DNA of 64,000 nucleotides from Eledone cirrhosa (Eukaryota). Positions 13,129 to 27,028 of the stretch are shown here, piece by piece. A model generated the notes under the pieces. It ran no database searches and was not told where the DNA came from. It saw only the letters and a program-made list of their open reading frames with translations. Position 1 is the stretch's first letter. Every line of letters starts with the position of its first letter. Location: NCBI GenBank assembly GCA_964016885.1, contig OZ024762.1:3534001-3598000 (forward strand). The letters run 5' to 3'. A program made the position numbers and the translations under genes.

Positions 13129-14792
13129 ATATATATGTATATACATATATATATATGTATATATATATATATGTATATATATATGTATATATATGTATAT
13201 ATATATATGTACACACACATGTACACACACCATTCCAAGTCTTTGCTAATCTATAATGTCACAACAGAGTTGGCTTTTTTAACAAATTTACAACAACAAC
13301 AACAAAACCACCACCACCATCATCATCTACAACCAACTACAAGACCACCATCATCATCACTCCCTCCACCAACACTACCACCATCATCACCCACCACCAC
13401 TAACAAGACCACCACCACTAACAAGACTGCTACCACCACCATCATCAACCACGACACCCGTACTACCACCAACAACACCCCCATCCCACCCATCATCACC
13501 ACCTACCACCATCATCACCCCCTCCACCGACACAGCTACCCCCTCCCCCACCAATATCATAAATCTAAAATTAAACCCACTTATTGTAGTCAATTACTAA
13601 ACAAAGCCAAGAGATCAATTACTATAGAGTTCAATATATCAATAGATGATCTGATTAGAAAAACACAACACATATATTACATCACAATTTACAACACTAC
13701 CACCACTACCAACGACACCACCACCACTACTGCCACCACCACCACCATCATATATTACATCACGATTTACAATACTGACACACTAACCACCATCATCAAC
13801 AACAACAAAAGATTGTGGCCCACAGATCTGCTGTCTCCTCGCTATCTAGTCTACCACTGCATTGTTTCTTTCCAGGGAATATGTTGAAAAATAAACCTCA
13901 TTTGGTCATTCCATGAGAGTATCTTTGTCAGCCAATGAACTTTTCGACTGACCTTCATAATCCACACAAAACTGAAGCAAAAATCAAAAAATGCATGTGT
14001 TTTTATTGGCAAAATTATTCTACTGAACCTTTCATTTAACATCATGACGTCTCCAGCACACAGACAAACTTTAGTTTACAAACTTTGTTTATTTCAACAT
14101 TGTATAATTATATTTTTGTAACACCAAAACAGCTTGCAGTTCGTTATACTTCTCGTTTGACTTGTTATAACTCTTCTGTTGACACAACTCAGCCAAAGAT
14201 TTAAACATTGTTTCCATTTACTAACTCTATTTTATACAATAGATGCTTTCATTTTTATTTGTTCTCTTTGTGTTTGCTTTCTGTCACAATCTACATTGAG
14301 CAGGTACAAATGAAATGTTGCCAAGGATTTTGTCCAGCATGCTAACTATGTGCTCTTGGGTACAACCCAATTTACACCAAATTAACTTCACACACTTCAT
14401 CAAAACAGAAACAAAGTTCTTAACCCTTTAGCATTTACATTACTCTACTATCAAAAGAACCCGTCATTGCTGGGCACACCTTTCTCCACAGTAAATAAAG
14501 AACCCCCTCTCTCCTCAACATAGCTGTCTTTAAATAGGCCCAGAACTCAGCTATTTTAGGGAGAGCAAGATTTAAACTATATGTTGACATGTTCTGTGAG
14601 CTAAATAACCTATGTATCAAATTTGAACACAATTGGATGGAAACTGTGGAAATGCATCGCCTGCATACAGACAGAAAGACAGACATTTCCATTTTTATAT
14701 ATATATTCTATATTTACTATTGTACTTTTGTGGTAAAGGCTTTATCTGACACAATTATCTAACATAATATTGATATATATATATATATATAT

Positions 14793-14861
<69 letters not shown>

Positions 14862-14878
14862 GATAGATTGGTGCTTAC

Positions 14879-14989
14879 TTTGTCTCGGTTTTTTTCTTTA
14901 AGAAAAGGTTTGATCATCTTGAAAATGGCTTCGATGTACCAGGGCTGGTTGATGAAGTGAATCCCTCCAAACCGGGCAGGAAAACAGTC
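14879..14989 (-). CDS. CLVS: Clavesin-like coding exon 3
   Basis: ttttAG acceptor, 111 nt, [43 protein letters not shown] donor, phase 0/0. Too short to appear in the ORF track. Confidence 0.95.
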
Positions 14990-15044
14990 CTAAAATCAAC
15001 AGAATAGAAATATAACATACTCTACATACACACACATATATATA

Positions 15045-15426
15045 TGCATACTGGGATGAGGTGATAAAAGCTGACCTTGCCCAATTGCTCCTCTCAAAGG
15101 TGATGACACAGGACCGAGACCTCTGGTATTACACAGTAATACAGAAGACCCGACTTCCCACGGGTACAGGCCCAAGCTGAAGTATATATACAGTATGCCC
15201 CCACTCCTCTCCCACTGAAAAGTGGTTGTGGAGGTGTCATGACAAAAAACACGGAGCACTCACTGTAAATAAGGTTGGCATTAGTATGGGCATCCAGCTG
15301 TAGAAACCAAGCCAAAATCAGTTCTGCATGAGCAAGACATGGTCACCTGACCTGGCATTGCTCACAACAGGGTAACTTGTCTAACCCATGCTAGCAAGGA
15401 AAAATAGACAATACACAGTGATGATA

Positions 15427-15467
<41 letters not shown>
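15045..15467 (+). mobile_element. RTE 3' end plus 3'UTR (family of the 37-40 kb element)
   Basis: tgggatgaggtgataaaagctgacctt... matches 40423 onward. The UTR has gggcatccagctgtagaaa and a (GAT)n tail. Confidence 0.85.
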
Positions 15468-16201
15468 ACAGTATATACTTGAATATAAGCCGATCCGAAT
15501 ATAAGCTGACTCCTTATTGTATATCTGAGAAATGGGCAAAAATCCAAACCCCCTTTTATAAGTCAAAGTAACCGTCCACGCTGTAATGTGGCCGTGTAGG
15601 TAACACGGTAAAAACCTCCCAGTCCACACTGTAAATGTGATCGGTGTGAGGAAGGGCATCCAGCCGTAGAAAACCCGCCAGACGGTCCTATACGAGCGAG
15701 ACACGGTCACCCGACCAACCCTGCCTCAGGTGGGACAACTCCCGCCTAACCCACGCTAGCGTGGAAAGTGGACGTTAAACGAAGATGATGATGATGATGA
15801 TGATGATCAGACAACATGCTTTGCAGCATAGAGTTACGTCACTTTAGATTCTGAATTCAAATCCGGCGAGGTTAGCTTTGGTTTTCATCCTCACGGGGTT
15901 GATAAAATAAAGTACCAGTAATACACTGGTGTTGATTTAATCGACTTTCCCCCTCCCCAAATTTGTTGTCTTGTGCCTAAATCAGAAACTATTTTTTAAA
16001 GTGAACAAAACTCACCAAATTCCAAACATTTGTTCCATTATTTATGGATTTCTATATTTTTAATTGTGGCGCAGCAGCTCTACATCTTACAAATTATTAC
16101 TGCTCGTTAGCTGACTTTGTTTAGGTGCAAATTTGCTAATGATTTATTCAGAAAGTAGCGATAATAGTAAACACATGCACACACACACATATATAAACAC
16201 T

Positions 16202-16241
<40 letters not shown>

Positions 16242-16489
16242 CATACATATAAACACACACACATACATATAAACACACATACACACATATATATATATAC
16301 ATACATATAAACACACATATAAATACATGCATACATACATATAAACACACACATATATATATACATATAGATAAACACACATACATATATACATATATAC
16401 ACACACATACACAAACATAGAGATGCAAAAACACAAAGTCTTATTAGTTTCATGCTTAGGTAAGAAGGATTGAATATATATTGATATGA

Positions 16490-17015
16490 ACATACACATA
16501 CATACACACAACAGAACACACACACACACAAGCACATACACACAACAGAACACACACACACACACATGAAAACAGAACACACACACACACAAGCACATAC
16601 ACACAACAGAACACACACATGAAAACAGAACACACACACACACAAGCACATACACACAACAGAACACACACACATGAAAACAGAACACACACACACACAC
16701 ACATGAAAACAGAACATACACACACACACACACACACATACACACATCAGAACACACACACACACACATGAAAACAGAACACACACACACACACAAGCAC
16801 ATACACACAACAGAACACACACATGAAAACAGAACATACACACACACACACACACATACACACAACAGAACACACACACACACATGAAAACAGAACACAC
16901 ACACACACACACACACCCATACACACAACAGAACACACACACACACATACACACATGAAAACAGAACACACACAAGCACATACACACAACAGAACACACA
17001 CATAGACACACACAT
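16490..17015. repeat. CA-based compound minisatellite (acaacagaa / catgaaaacagaa)
   Basis: Read directly from the sequence. Confidence 0.85.
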
Positions 17016-17148
17016 ATATTTTTATAAGTAAGAAACCGGTTATCTTTCAACCATGTTATATTAACAACACTTTTGTGCTTCCATTTGATAATTTTTATTA
17101 AAGATTTTTTATATTTCCTTATTAGTTCTTTAACCTTGGTTGAGAACA

Positions 17149-17449
17149 TTAACCTTTTAGAATTTAAACTGGTTGTATCCGGTCAGAACACTCTCACCTC
17201 TTTCTGTTCAAAGCTGCTGTAACCGGCCACTCATACTGATGTTAAGGTATTGTTCTCAAAATAAATAATATCAAAATCTCGTAGATTCGATATTATGTGA
17301 GATAATTATGTGAGATAAAGCCTTTACCATGAAAATACAATAGTATATATAAAGTAATGTAAATGTTATGTGAGATATTATGTGAGGTAAAGCCTTTACT
17401 GTGAAAATACAATAGTATATATAGAGTAATGTAAATGTTAAAGGGTTAA
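17149..17449. mobile_element. piggyBac-type MITE (also partial at 1445-1645, 14420, 48495)
   Basis: TTAA|CCTTTTAGAATTT...AAATGTTAAAGGG|TTAA. Internal sequence shared with 41590-41808. Confidence 0.75.
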
Positions 17450-17625
17450 ACTTGGTTTAGAACATTAAATCTATGTGTGTATTAGTGTTTCAAGCAATAG
17501 AAACCAAGTCAAGATCAGTTCTGTATGAGCAAGTCATGGTCACCTGACCTGGCATTGCCCACAACAGGATAACTCGTCTAACCCATGCTTGCGTGGAAAA
17601 ATAGATATATGATGATGATGATGAT

Positions 17626-17795
17626 GTGCCTCACTCCCAGGATGTAGAGTCCTTTAGCCAGAGGACCTGATTTAGCCCCACTGTGCCTCACTCCCAGGAT
17701 GTAGAGTCCTTTAGTTAGAGGCCCTGGTTTAGCTCCACTGTGCTTCACTCCCAGGATGTAGAGTCCTTTAATTAGAGGCCCTGGTTTAGCCCCAG
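17626..17795. repeat. 57-bp tandem repeat x3
   Basis: cccaggatgtagagtccttt at 17636, 17693 and 17750. Confidence 0.9.
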
Positions 17796-18354
17796 GCCAG
17801 CCACTATTGAACAAATCTATAATTAAAGATGTTCCACCCATGACCACCACGTCTCTGTACAGACATTGTGTATCTAGAATACACTGTGGAATACATTTTC
17901 TAAAGTGTCCTTCACTTTTCAGACAGTGAAGTATCATTTGAGGGAGATTTGATTGTTATTTCTAGCAGATTCACTGACCACATATAATTTTCTTCTTGCG
18001 ATGGGTTGTATTGTAGTTATTGTTGTTGTAGCTATTGTTGTTGTTATTGTTGTAGTTGTTTCACCTACTTTTAAAGGTGTGATATGTGATGTGTATATGC
18101 AATGTATGCATGCGTGATGTGTGATATATGTGTGTGTGTGATGTATACGTGTGATATGTATGTGTGGTGTGTAATATGTATGTGTGATGTGTAATATGTA
18201 TGTGTGATGTGTAATATGTATGCGTGATGTCTGTGTATAGATTTCTATCACGTTGCCACCTGAATCTAGAAAAATATGCATCAGGTGATTACATCGTGCT
18301 TGAAATTGCATTAACCGTGCATCACGAGGAATCTGGCTGTCTGACTGTCTGACT

Positions 18355-18660
18355 GTCTGGTTGGTTGGTTGGCTGGTTGGTTGGCTGATTGGTTGGTTGG
18401 CTGGTCAGTTGGTTGGTTGGTTGGCTGATTGGTTGGTTGGCTGGTTGGTTGGTTGGCTGGTTGGTTGGTTGGTTGGTTGGGTGTTTGGTTGGTTGGTTGG
18501 GTGTTTGGTTGGTTGGTTGGTTGGTTGGTTGGTTGGGTGTTTGGTTGGTTGGTTGGGTGTTTGGTTGGTTGGTTGGTTGGTTGGTTGGTTGGGTGTTTGG
18601 TTGGTGGGTTGGTTGGTTGGTTGGTTGGTTGGTTGGTTGGTTGGCTGGCTGGTTGGTTGG
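18355..18660. repeat. (TTGG)n tetranucleotide tract
   Basis: Read directly from the sequence. Confidence 0.9.
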
Positions 18661-18793
18661 CTTTCATCCTTACAGGGTTGATAAAATAAAGTACCAGTCA
18701 CGCACTGGGGTGAATTTAATCGACTTTCTCCTCCTCCAAAATTACTGGCCTTGTGCCAAAAGTAGAAACAATTATTATTATTATTATTATTAT

Positions 18794-18837
<44 letters not shown>

Positions 18838-18929
18838 CAGATTAAAGTTTAAGCAAAGAATCACTGCTTTCACTCTTTTTTGAAGTCTTCTGAAACATAC
18901 ATATACACACACATACATAACACATATAT

Positions 18930-19470
18930 TTACACATGATTATGACTCAAAGAAAGAAGAAGGATTGAGACTCCTGGAATTCTGTGATGCAAATGAATTA
19001 ACCATCTGCAACACAAATTTCATCTGATCTCATATCAATCAGGCGAACACACAAGCCAAATTAATTATTTACTTGTAAGACAATGAGATAAATGGACTGT
19101 AATGAATACTAAGGCCTTGCCTGGGGAAGAATGCACCACCCATAACAAGTTATTGTGACATCAAAATAAACACAAGACAGAACAAGACACACAGGAAAAT
19201 ATGGAGATGGAGGGTGTGGAAGCTGATGGACCCCTCGGTTAAATATAGGTTTAGAAAGGCCCTACAGGGTGCATTTGATGAGAGGGATGACGAGCTAGAT
19301 AAATATAATGTTGAGGTCAACTGGAAATTATTACACAACAACATTTTGCAAACTACTGATGAAACTTGCAGCTGGACTAAAGTGCCAGAAGATGATCTGG
19401 TGGTGGAACTACAGTGGATACAGCCATTAAAACTAAGAGACAGGCATGGAAAGACTTTATATACCTACTT
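18930..19470 (+). pseudogene. Degraded RTE endonuclease/linker fragment
   Basis: RLLEFCDANELTICNTNF...KALPGEEC...WRVWKL...YNVEVNW, with frameshifts. Homologous to 38010-38540. Confidence 0.8.
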
Positions 19471-20065
19471 TGAAATGTATATATACTTGCAATACTTAGA
19501 AGAGAAGTGAGAGAGTTATCAATACAAAGACAAGTGGAATACTTCTAATTATAAGTAACTAGCTGAGATACTCGGCTTCACCCAGGAGAACAGTTAAGAG
19601 AGGATGGATAAAAGAGAAAACGACTGCATTGGATGTGTTGTCTGGTATGAGGTGAGACCGTAATGTGTGTGTGTGTGTGTGTGTCAGTGTCTATGAGAGA
19701 GACATAAAAAAACAACAATCATAAAACTTCCTTATTAGGCTGGGGGAGTAAACTGCCGATTAACTGGTAGCATTGGCCTTGGATTTTAAATATGAAATAA
19801 CCATAGTCAGTATGATCTTTTTCAACTCCAAAGGAGGTCATCTAAAACACCGCAATATATCGCATAACATTGCTTCGTTAGTACGGCCTGTAAGTAGTAT
19901 ATGGATAAAAGCTGGAGGGTAAAATAATACAGTCCAGATGTGAAGTAGATTGTACTGAAAATAGTACTTTCCAGATATGATGTAGGCTTTCCAGGTGTGA
20001 AGTAGGCTTTACTAAGAAATAATACAGTCCAGATGTGAAGAGAATTATAAGAGAAAAGGACTTAC

Positions 20066-20496
20066 CTGTAACCCCTCAATCATCAGTTTGAGTATTTTAG
20101 GATTAAGCCATGTTGATTGTTTAAATGTAAATTGACTCCAATCGACAATAATAATAAAACCATTTATTTGAGTCTCTTCATCGTCGATAAGTTTTTCCAA
20201 AGTCAGTAGAATTGCTCGGTAAATAGCAGCCAGTCCATATCGAGTATTATCCCAGTTCGCAGAATAGAGCACCAAGATTTTCCGACCAAAATGGTCGTAG
20301 TGTGGTAGTACACCAGGTAAGCCATCAAAAAGAGCTTCCTTAATGCTTGGTTCAGCAGCCTGAAATTTCCGAAAGAGGTTACCATTCTCCTGCCGATATT
20401 CAAAGTAGCGTCCATACAATCGAAATGCCTCAACAACATCAAACTTTCTTGCCCGAAGAAACCGAAGGATGAAAACATCGTCTGTCCTGAGGAAAT
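20066..20496 (-). CDS. CLVS: Clavesin-like coding exon 2 (CRAL-TRIO N domain and SEC14 domain start)
   Basis: Acceptor ctctccaattccAG, 431 nt, [24 protein letters not shown]...[16 protein letters not shown]...[20 protein letters not shown]...LMIEGLQ, donor CAG|GTAAGT (phase 0). Confidence 0.95.
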
Positions 20497-21507
20497 CTGG
20501 AATTGGAGAGAAAATGAGAGAATCAGAGGAGACAAGAGTGAGTGTATGTAGAAATAATAACATATTGTACTGTGTATGAGTTTAGAAATTGTTATATCAT
20601 CATCACCGTTTAACGTCCATTTTTCCATGGGTTAGACGGGTTATCCGGTTGTGAGCAATGCCAGGTTAGGTAACCATGTCTTGCTCATACAGAACTGATT
20701 TTGGCTTCGTTTCTACAGCTGGATGCCCTTCCTAACACCAAACTCATTTACTGTGTGTGCTGGGTGCTTTTTTACTGTGGCGCCTACACAACCTCTTTAC
20801 AGTGTGGGCTGGGTGCTTTTTGCCGTGATGCCTACACAACCACTTTACAGTATGGACTGGAGGCTTCAAGTCATTTAGTTTATGTAAACATATAGTGCTA
20901 TGTATGTGTTTGGAAATTGTTATATTATAGCATAAATAATAGAGGTTGTATTCCTTATGTAAACAAATAATATTGTGGCTTAGTGGTTAAAGAGTTTGAT
21001 TCGCAATTGTGGTTGCGAGTTCAATTCTTGGACCGGGTGATGTGTTGTGTCCTTCACCAAGACACTTTATTTCAGGTTGCTCTTTCTGCGAGGAGTTGTG
21101 ACTGGTAGATATTATCAACGATGGAAAGACCAATGGAAACATTGTTTCCTTGGTCTGATTTGTCGAGGCCCGCCCCACTTTGCAAGCAAATAACGTCTGG
21201 GATCTTGTCAATCAATCAGAGCGATTGTGTATGTGTTTAGAAACAGTTATATAGCTTATGTAAACATATTGTACTGTGTATGTATTTAGAATACCTAAAA
21301 ACCTTTCATTATAATATCATGTAAGGACTTATAATAAGTTATGTTCCTAACACCATATTTGACTATTTTCAAAATTATTTAAAACTCATAGGTAGTGTCT
21401 TTCATTATAAATATGGAATTGATAGGGTTAAACATAGGCAGTGTCTTACATTAGAAATATGGTAATGAAAGAGTTAATATAATAAAAAAAACAAAGCAAA
21501 GAAAAAA

Positions 21508-21790
21508 GTCTGTCTCATGTCCAGAGGCTCATGAGGCCAGTGCTTATTCAGGTTTCTTTGGTGTTAAGTGATTGAGAGTAAAAGACTCACCCCTGGACAG
21601 GACACCAGTCTATTGTAGAATTAACTCCCCAGTTACTGCTGTTGGTGTTCATTTCCAGCTGAGATGTGTGGAGCAACATGAAATGACATGTCTGCTCAAG
21701 AACATAACACACAACCCAGTCAAAGAATCAAACTCATGACATTACAATCGTAAGTTCAACACCCTTACCACTAGGTCACGTGCCTTCAGA
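21508..21790 (-). mobile_element. CORE-type SINE with a Deu/Nin-like 3' domain (CORE heads also at 20976-21090 plus and 23405-23547 minus)
   Basis: tRNA head (ggcacgtgacctagtggtaag...gagtttgattc), ttcttgagcagac CORE-like segment, and a gactggtgtcctgtccagggg domain. Confidence 0.6.
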
Positions 21791-22030
21791 TGAGTGGGCT
21801 GGTGCAATGAAGAGACTTGCTCAAGAACACAACTCACGACCCAGTCCAGGAATATGAGTGGGCTGGTGTAATGTGAAATGAAGAGACTTGCTCAAGAACA
21901 CAACACACGACCCAGTCCAAGAATCGAACTATGCCCCTCCCTCCACAAAAAACAACAACATATAAAACCTACAAAAAAAAAAACAAAAAAAATACCCCAA
22001 ATCAAATAAAATCAATAATTTGCTACTTAC

Positions 22031-22169
22031 TGATATCGGGCCTGGTATGTATCTGTGAGCGTACAGCATCTATGAGGTCTGGCCTACGGTCTGGTACCTC
22101 ATGCAGCTCTCGTCGAGCCTTCCTGACCAGCTCGTGGGATAAGCCCCATCCATACTCTGCCATCGCCAT
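22031..22169 (-). CDS. CLVS: Clavesin-like (CRAL-TRIO/SEC14 family) coding exon 1
   Basis: ATG at 22169 with an in-frame TAA upstream. Encodes MAMAEYGWGLSHELVRKARRELHEVPDRRPDLIDAVRSQIHTRPDI+A, then a GTAAGT donor (phase 1). Joined to exon 2 it reads [23 protein letters not shown], close to the clavesin motif [23 protein letters not shown]. The exon likely starts at the poly-T/ACAG acceptor at 22481 (5'UTR part). Confidence 0.9.
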
Positions 22170-23804
22170 CAGCTCAGATGGAATATATTAAAAAGGAAAA
22201 AGTCAGTTTATTTTGTACGTTGTTGTACGTTGTTGTATGTAGTTGGTGACAGCTGTCCCACCCAAGGGCTTGACAAAGACGGAGGGTGGTGGCTGGAGTG
22301 ATCAAGCAATGTAGCTTACAAGCAGAGAGTGAGAGAGAGGGAAGACTGTAGTCGTTGCTGAAGAGGAGGCTGGAGTAGTGTGACCACGAAGGAAGCAGGA
22401 CCTTCCTCGTTCAGGCCACACCACTCAGCCCTGCCCCTTGGTCACCTTCTTCAGATAGAGACACGATTTTCGCTTCCAATTCTGTAAAAAAAAAAAAAAA
22501 GGGGAAAGAAAAAATATAAGAACTTGAGAAAAAAAAAAGGTACATCATCATCATCACCACCATCATGATTACCACCATCATCATCATCATCATTGTCACC
22601 ATCACCGTCATCACTATCATTATCATTGTCATCATCATCACCATTATCGCCGTCATCACCATCACCACCACCAACATCATTATCATCATCATCATCACCA
22701 TCATAATTACCATCATCACCAACACCGATATCATCATCATGATTACCATCATCACTATCATCATCATCACCATCATCACCATCATCATTCATGTGACCTT
22801 TCATGTTGTCAACCCACACATTATTTATTTATTCAAATCCCGCCGAGGTTAACTTTGCCTTTCATCCTTACGGGGTCGATAAAATAAAGTACCAGTAATA
22901 CACTGGGCAATTGCTGGCCTTGTGCCAAAAAGTAGAAATAATAATTATTTTTATTAAAAAGTTATCTGTCAACCTTGCAATAAAACTTCATTGACTGCCC
23001 TCTTACTTATGGCTCACCCTTATTACACATCTTCATTAAACCACTACACTGGGATGTAGAGTTTATGAGAAATGTAAACAAATAGCACCAGTTATAAGTT
23101 TTGTCGATACAACATTGTCAATAAACTGACATGAACACACATATGCACAAACACATATTTACACACATACAAACACATATACATACATACCCACACACAC
23201 AAAGACACATACACACCCACACAAACACATTAACAAACTAATATTGACAAATGTAGACAAAACCAAGAAATTAACCCTTTTCATTACTGTATTTGTAATG
23301 AAATAAAATGGATTTTGATTAATGAAAAAATAATTAATTTATTCACGTTTATAATAACATATATAACATAATATCATCTCATTTCTACCCTAACAGTCCC
23401 TATCATCTCATTTCTACAGCTGAATAAACTGGAGCAATGTGAAATAAAGTGTCTTGCTCAAGGAAACAACACATCACCCGGTCTGAGAATTGAACTTACA
23501 ACCTTTCGATTGCAAGGCCAATACTCTAACCACTAAGCCATGTGCCAATTTACAAAATTATTATTCAAAACATCACAATCCAGAAGGGTAGGAATAATAT
23601 TTATTGCACTTACACATGTTTCATCATATGTATTACATATCAGTCTTGGATCGCTAATATTTGATTAGTTTAATCAAATTAAATCCAACTACTTAAATGA
23701 TCATATGTAGTCATTACAAATTTTTGAATAATCAAATTAATTGATTACACTAACGGAAATTGAATAATACTATAATTCACTCTCTCTCTCTATATATATA
23801 TATA

Positions 23805-23839
<35 letters not shown>

Positions 23840-23881
23840 GAATGAAATTAATAAATGGAAACTATCTTTATAAAACCATAT

Positions 23882-23945
23882 TTATTTTATTATATATATT
23901 TCAAGGGTACCAAATTTTTGGTACACTCTCATCAGATAAAATACA
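23882..23945 (-). ncRNA. Minimal type I hammerhead ribozyme (inverted copy)
   Basis: Reverse complement reads gtattttat-CTGATGA-gagtgtaccaa..ttggtaccctt-GAAA-tatatATA^ataaaata. Confidence 0.75.
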
Positions 23946-24055
23946 AAAGTTGTTTTATAAATAGTGACATATCCCCAAAAAAGAACTTATCATTTTAAGT
24001 TCAGTTTGGATAGTTCTTGTTTTTTGGGATATGTCACTATTTATAAAAGAACTTT

Positions 24056-24120
24056 TGTATTTTATCTGATGAGGGCGTACCAAAATTTTGGTACCCTTGA
24101 AATATATATAATAAAATATA
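24056..24120 (+). ncRNA. Minimal type I hammerhead ribozyme
   Basis: tgtattttat-CTGATGA(24066)-gggcgtaccaa(aatt)ttggtaccctt-GAAA(24099)-t(atat)ATA^ataaaatata. Stem I is 10 bp and the stem III loop is palindromic. Confidence 0.8.
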
Positions 24121-24252
24121 ATATGGTTTTATAAAGATAGTTTCCATTTATTAATATCATTGATATTATACTCCAGAAGAATACTGTAGAGTGCTTCGAA
24201 TCTGTTATAAATAAATTTGTTGAATAACCAACAAATTAAATATCTCTTTGCT

Positions 24253-24284
<32 letters not shown>

Positions 24285-25657
24285 AATTTAAAAGTATGAT
24301 GCTCCAATATGGCTACAGTCAAATGACTGAAATTAGTAAAAGAATAAAAGAATATGCTGCCCAGTGAAGAAGAAGTAAAAAAGGTAAAAACAAAAAACAT
24401 AAAGATCAATAAAAAAGCGAAAGACAGAAATGAACCTCTCCAGCAAAAAAAGATAATAAATGCACACATTTACATTATAAAGTGCTACTTGTCTTCCATC
24501 TTAGATACATTGTAAAACCATTTTTCTCTCACTCTTGCTCTCTCTCCCTGTATCTCACCACCTCTCTCTCTCACCATCTCTCCGTCTCCACCCCACCTCC
24601 CTAGAGGACCCTTCTCCAACAATGTCTAACATATATCAAGTACTATTGGATTTACAGAAAATTTCTGAATTTTTTTCTTTTTTTTTTATTAAATATATTT
24701 TTTTCTTCTTCCTTTTCTCTTTCTAATTTTTTTCTATATTTTTTTTGCCTCCATTTTTTTTCACTTTTTTCAGATTAAAACACATTTACATACACTCTCA
24801 CACATACACTCTCACATATACACACACTCACACATACATACACTCTCACACATACACTCTCACATATACACACACTCACATATACACACACTCACACATA
24901 CATACACTCTCACACATATACATACACTCACACATACATAATACACTCTCACACGTACATACTCTCTCATACATACACTCTCACATATACACACACTCAC
25001 ACATACATACACTCACACATACACTCTCACACATATACATACACTCACACATACATACACTCTCACACATATACATACACTCACACATACATAATACACT
25101 CTCACACGTACACACTCTCATACATACACTCACACATACACACTCTCACATATATACACTCTCACACATACACACTCCTACATATATACACACACATAAA
25201 CTCACTCATATGTATACATATTACAATCCAACATATATACACACACACATATTCATACACCCTCCCACATACACATTAACAAACATATATACACACACAC
25301 ATGTACATACACCCTGCCACACACACATTAACAAACATACATACACACACTCACGTACATACACCCTGTCACACACACATTAACAAACATACATACACAC
25401 ACACATGTACATACACCCTGTCACACACACATTAACAAACATACATACACACACACACACGTACATACACCCTGTCACACACATCCTTACACTCCTTGCA
25501 ATGTTCAGAACTAATGGAATAACCACAAAGTTGGACCAATGGAAATGTTAACAACAACAACAACAACAACAATGGTTTCTACATTTAGCACAAGGCCTGT
25601 AATTTGAAGGGAAGTGGAATAAAAGGACGTAACTATGTACCACAAAACGTCTGACGC

Positions 25658-26175
25658 TCTCATGCCCAGAGCCTCATCAGCCAGTTTCTATGGTGTTAAG
25701 TGACTGAGAGTACAAGACTCCCTCTGGATAGGACACCAGTCCACCACAGGCTTAAAGTCTGTCTCATGCCCAGAGCCTCATCAGCCAGTGCTCTTGTCCC
25801 AGTTTCTATGGTGTTAAGTGACTGAGAGTACAAGACTCCCTCTGGATAGGACACCAGTCCACCACAGGCTTAAAGTCTGTCTCATGCCCAGAGCCTCATC
25901 AGCCAGTGCTCTTGTCCCAGTTTCTATGCCGTTAAGTGACTGAGAGTACAAGACTCCCTCTGGATAGGACACCAGTCCACCACAGGCTTAAAGTCTGTCT
26001 CATGCCCAGAGCCTCATCAGCCAGTGCTCTTGTCCCAGTTTCTATGGTGTTAAGTGACTGAGAGTACAAGACTCCCTCTGGATAGGACACCAGTCCACCA
26101 CAGGCTTAAAGTCTGTCTCATGCCCAGAGCCTCATCAGCCAGTGCTCTTGTCCCAGTTTCTATGGCGTTAAGTGA
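25658..26175. repeat. 118-bp tandem array, about 4.3 copies, SINE-derived
   Basis: Units start at 25751, 25869, 25987 and 26105. The unit matches 21505-21612. Confidence 0.92.
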
Positions 26176-27028
26176 AACTAATATATTTCTTCATGTTACT
26201 GTGTCGTTTGCTTTGTTATTTCTGTTTATGTTTTGCATATATAAAAAATACCCCCATAACTCCTTGTGGAGTCAGAGAGTCACCATCATATGATGTGTCT
26301 AGGGTACTTTTAAACCAGGTGGAGTCCAACCCCCTCCAGGTCTGAACACAGCAGATTTTTTTCTATAGAGGAAGAATCGACCCCAGTACTAGACTGGTAC
26401 TTTTTTTATCGACCTCGAAAGGATGAAAGGCAAAGTTGACCTCCGCAGGAGTTGACCTTGACCAGAGCACGCAACAAGGTGGGACAAATACCATAACACA
26501 TTCTTTCTGACATCTTAATGACTGCTAATTCGCTGCCATATACATTATATATATAGAATTTGCATATTTACATACATTATATAATTAAAGTAGAAAAAAT
26601 TATATACATATATATATAATTGATATAATGTGTTATTTATCTGTGTCATTAAGGAACATCTGGTGCTTATATTTTCACTAGGTTTTATGTCAAAAGAATT
26701 CATATTCACAAAATCCAAACTCACCCCCTACCTCATTAGTTGTGTTCAGTTCTTACTGGTTGATTTGTCATCAACAATAGTAACATATGTGACAGTCACC
26801 ATATGTATATAGGCCACCAACTGGACTAGAAACTGCTAAATGTTAGGCTGCCTTCTCATCTCTCTGCCTTTTCAGCCCCATGGATTGTGTCTATTATATT
26901 CCTTTGTTAAATTTCGAATACTTGATGATGTCACGGGGCTCATACTGAACCCGGTCATTGAAATGTTCATAGTATAATAAACCTTTAAGGAATTACACCA
27001 GTCCAGCCTCCTGTTATTTTATAATATA

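Larger units (their letters stand above)
23845..24250. mobile_element. Palindromic double-hammerhead mini-element, family A
   Basis: About 145-bp inverted arms (23848-23990 / 24011-24156), each with a hammerhead. Flanked by (TA)n. Confidence 0.8.

Noticed and set aside
16010-16110. Donor-like TTG|GTGAGT in intron 2 preceded by ATGs
   Set aside because: The ATG frames give phase 2, incompatible with phase-0 exon 3. No other support.
20045-20563. Single-exon 172-aa protein, or cephalopod retinal-binding protein
   Set aside because: The ORF ends are intronic and the real exon is 20066-20496. The motifs fit clavesin, and no GOLD domain was seen.
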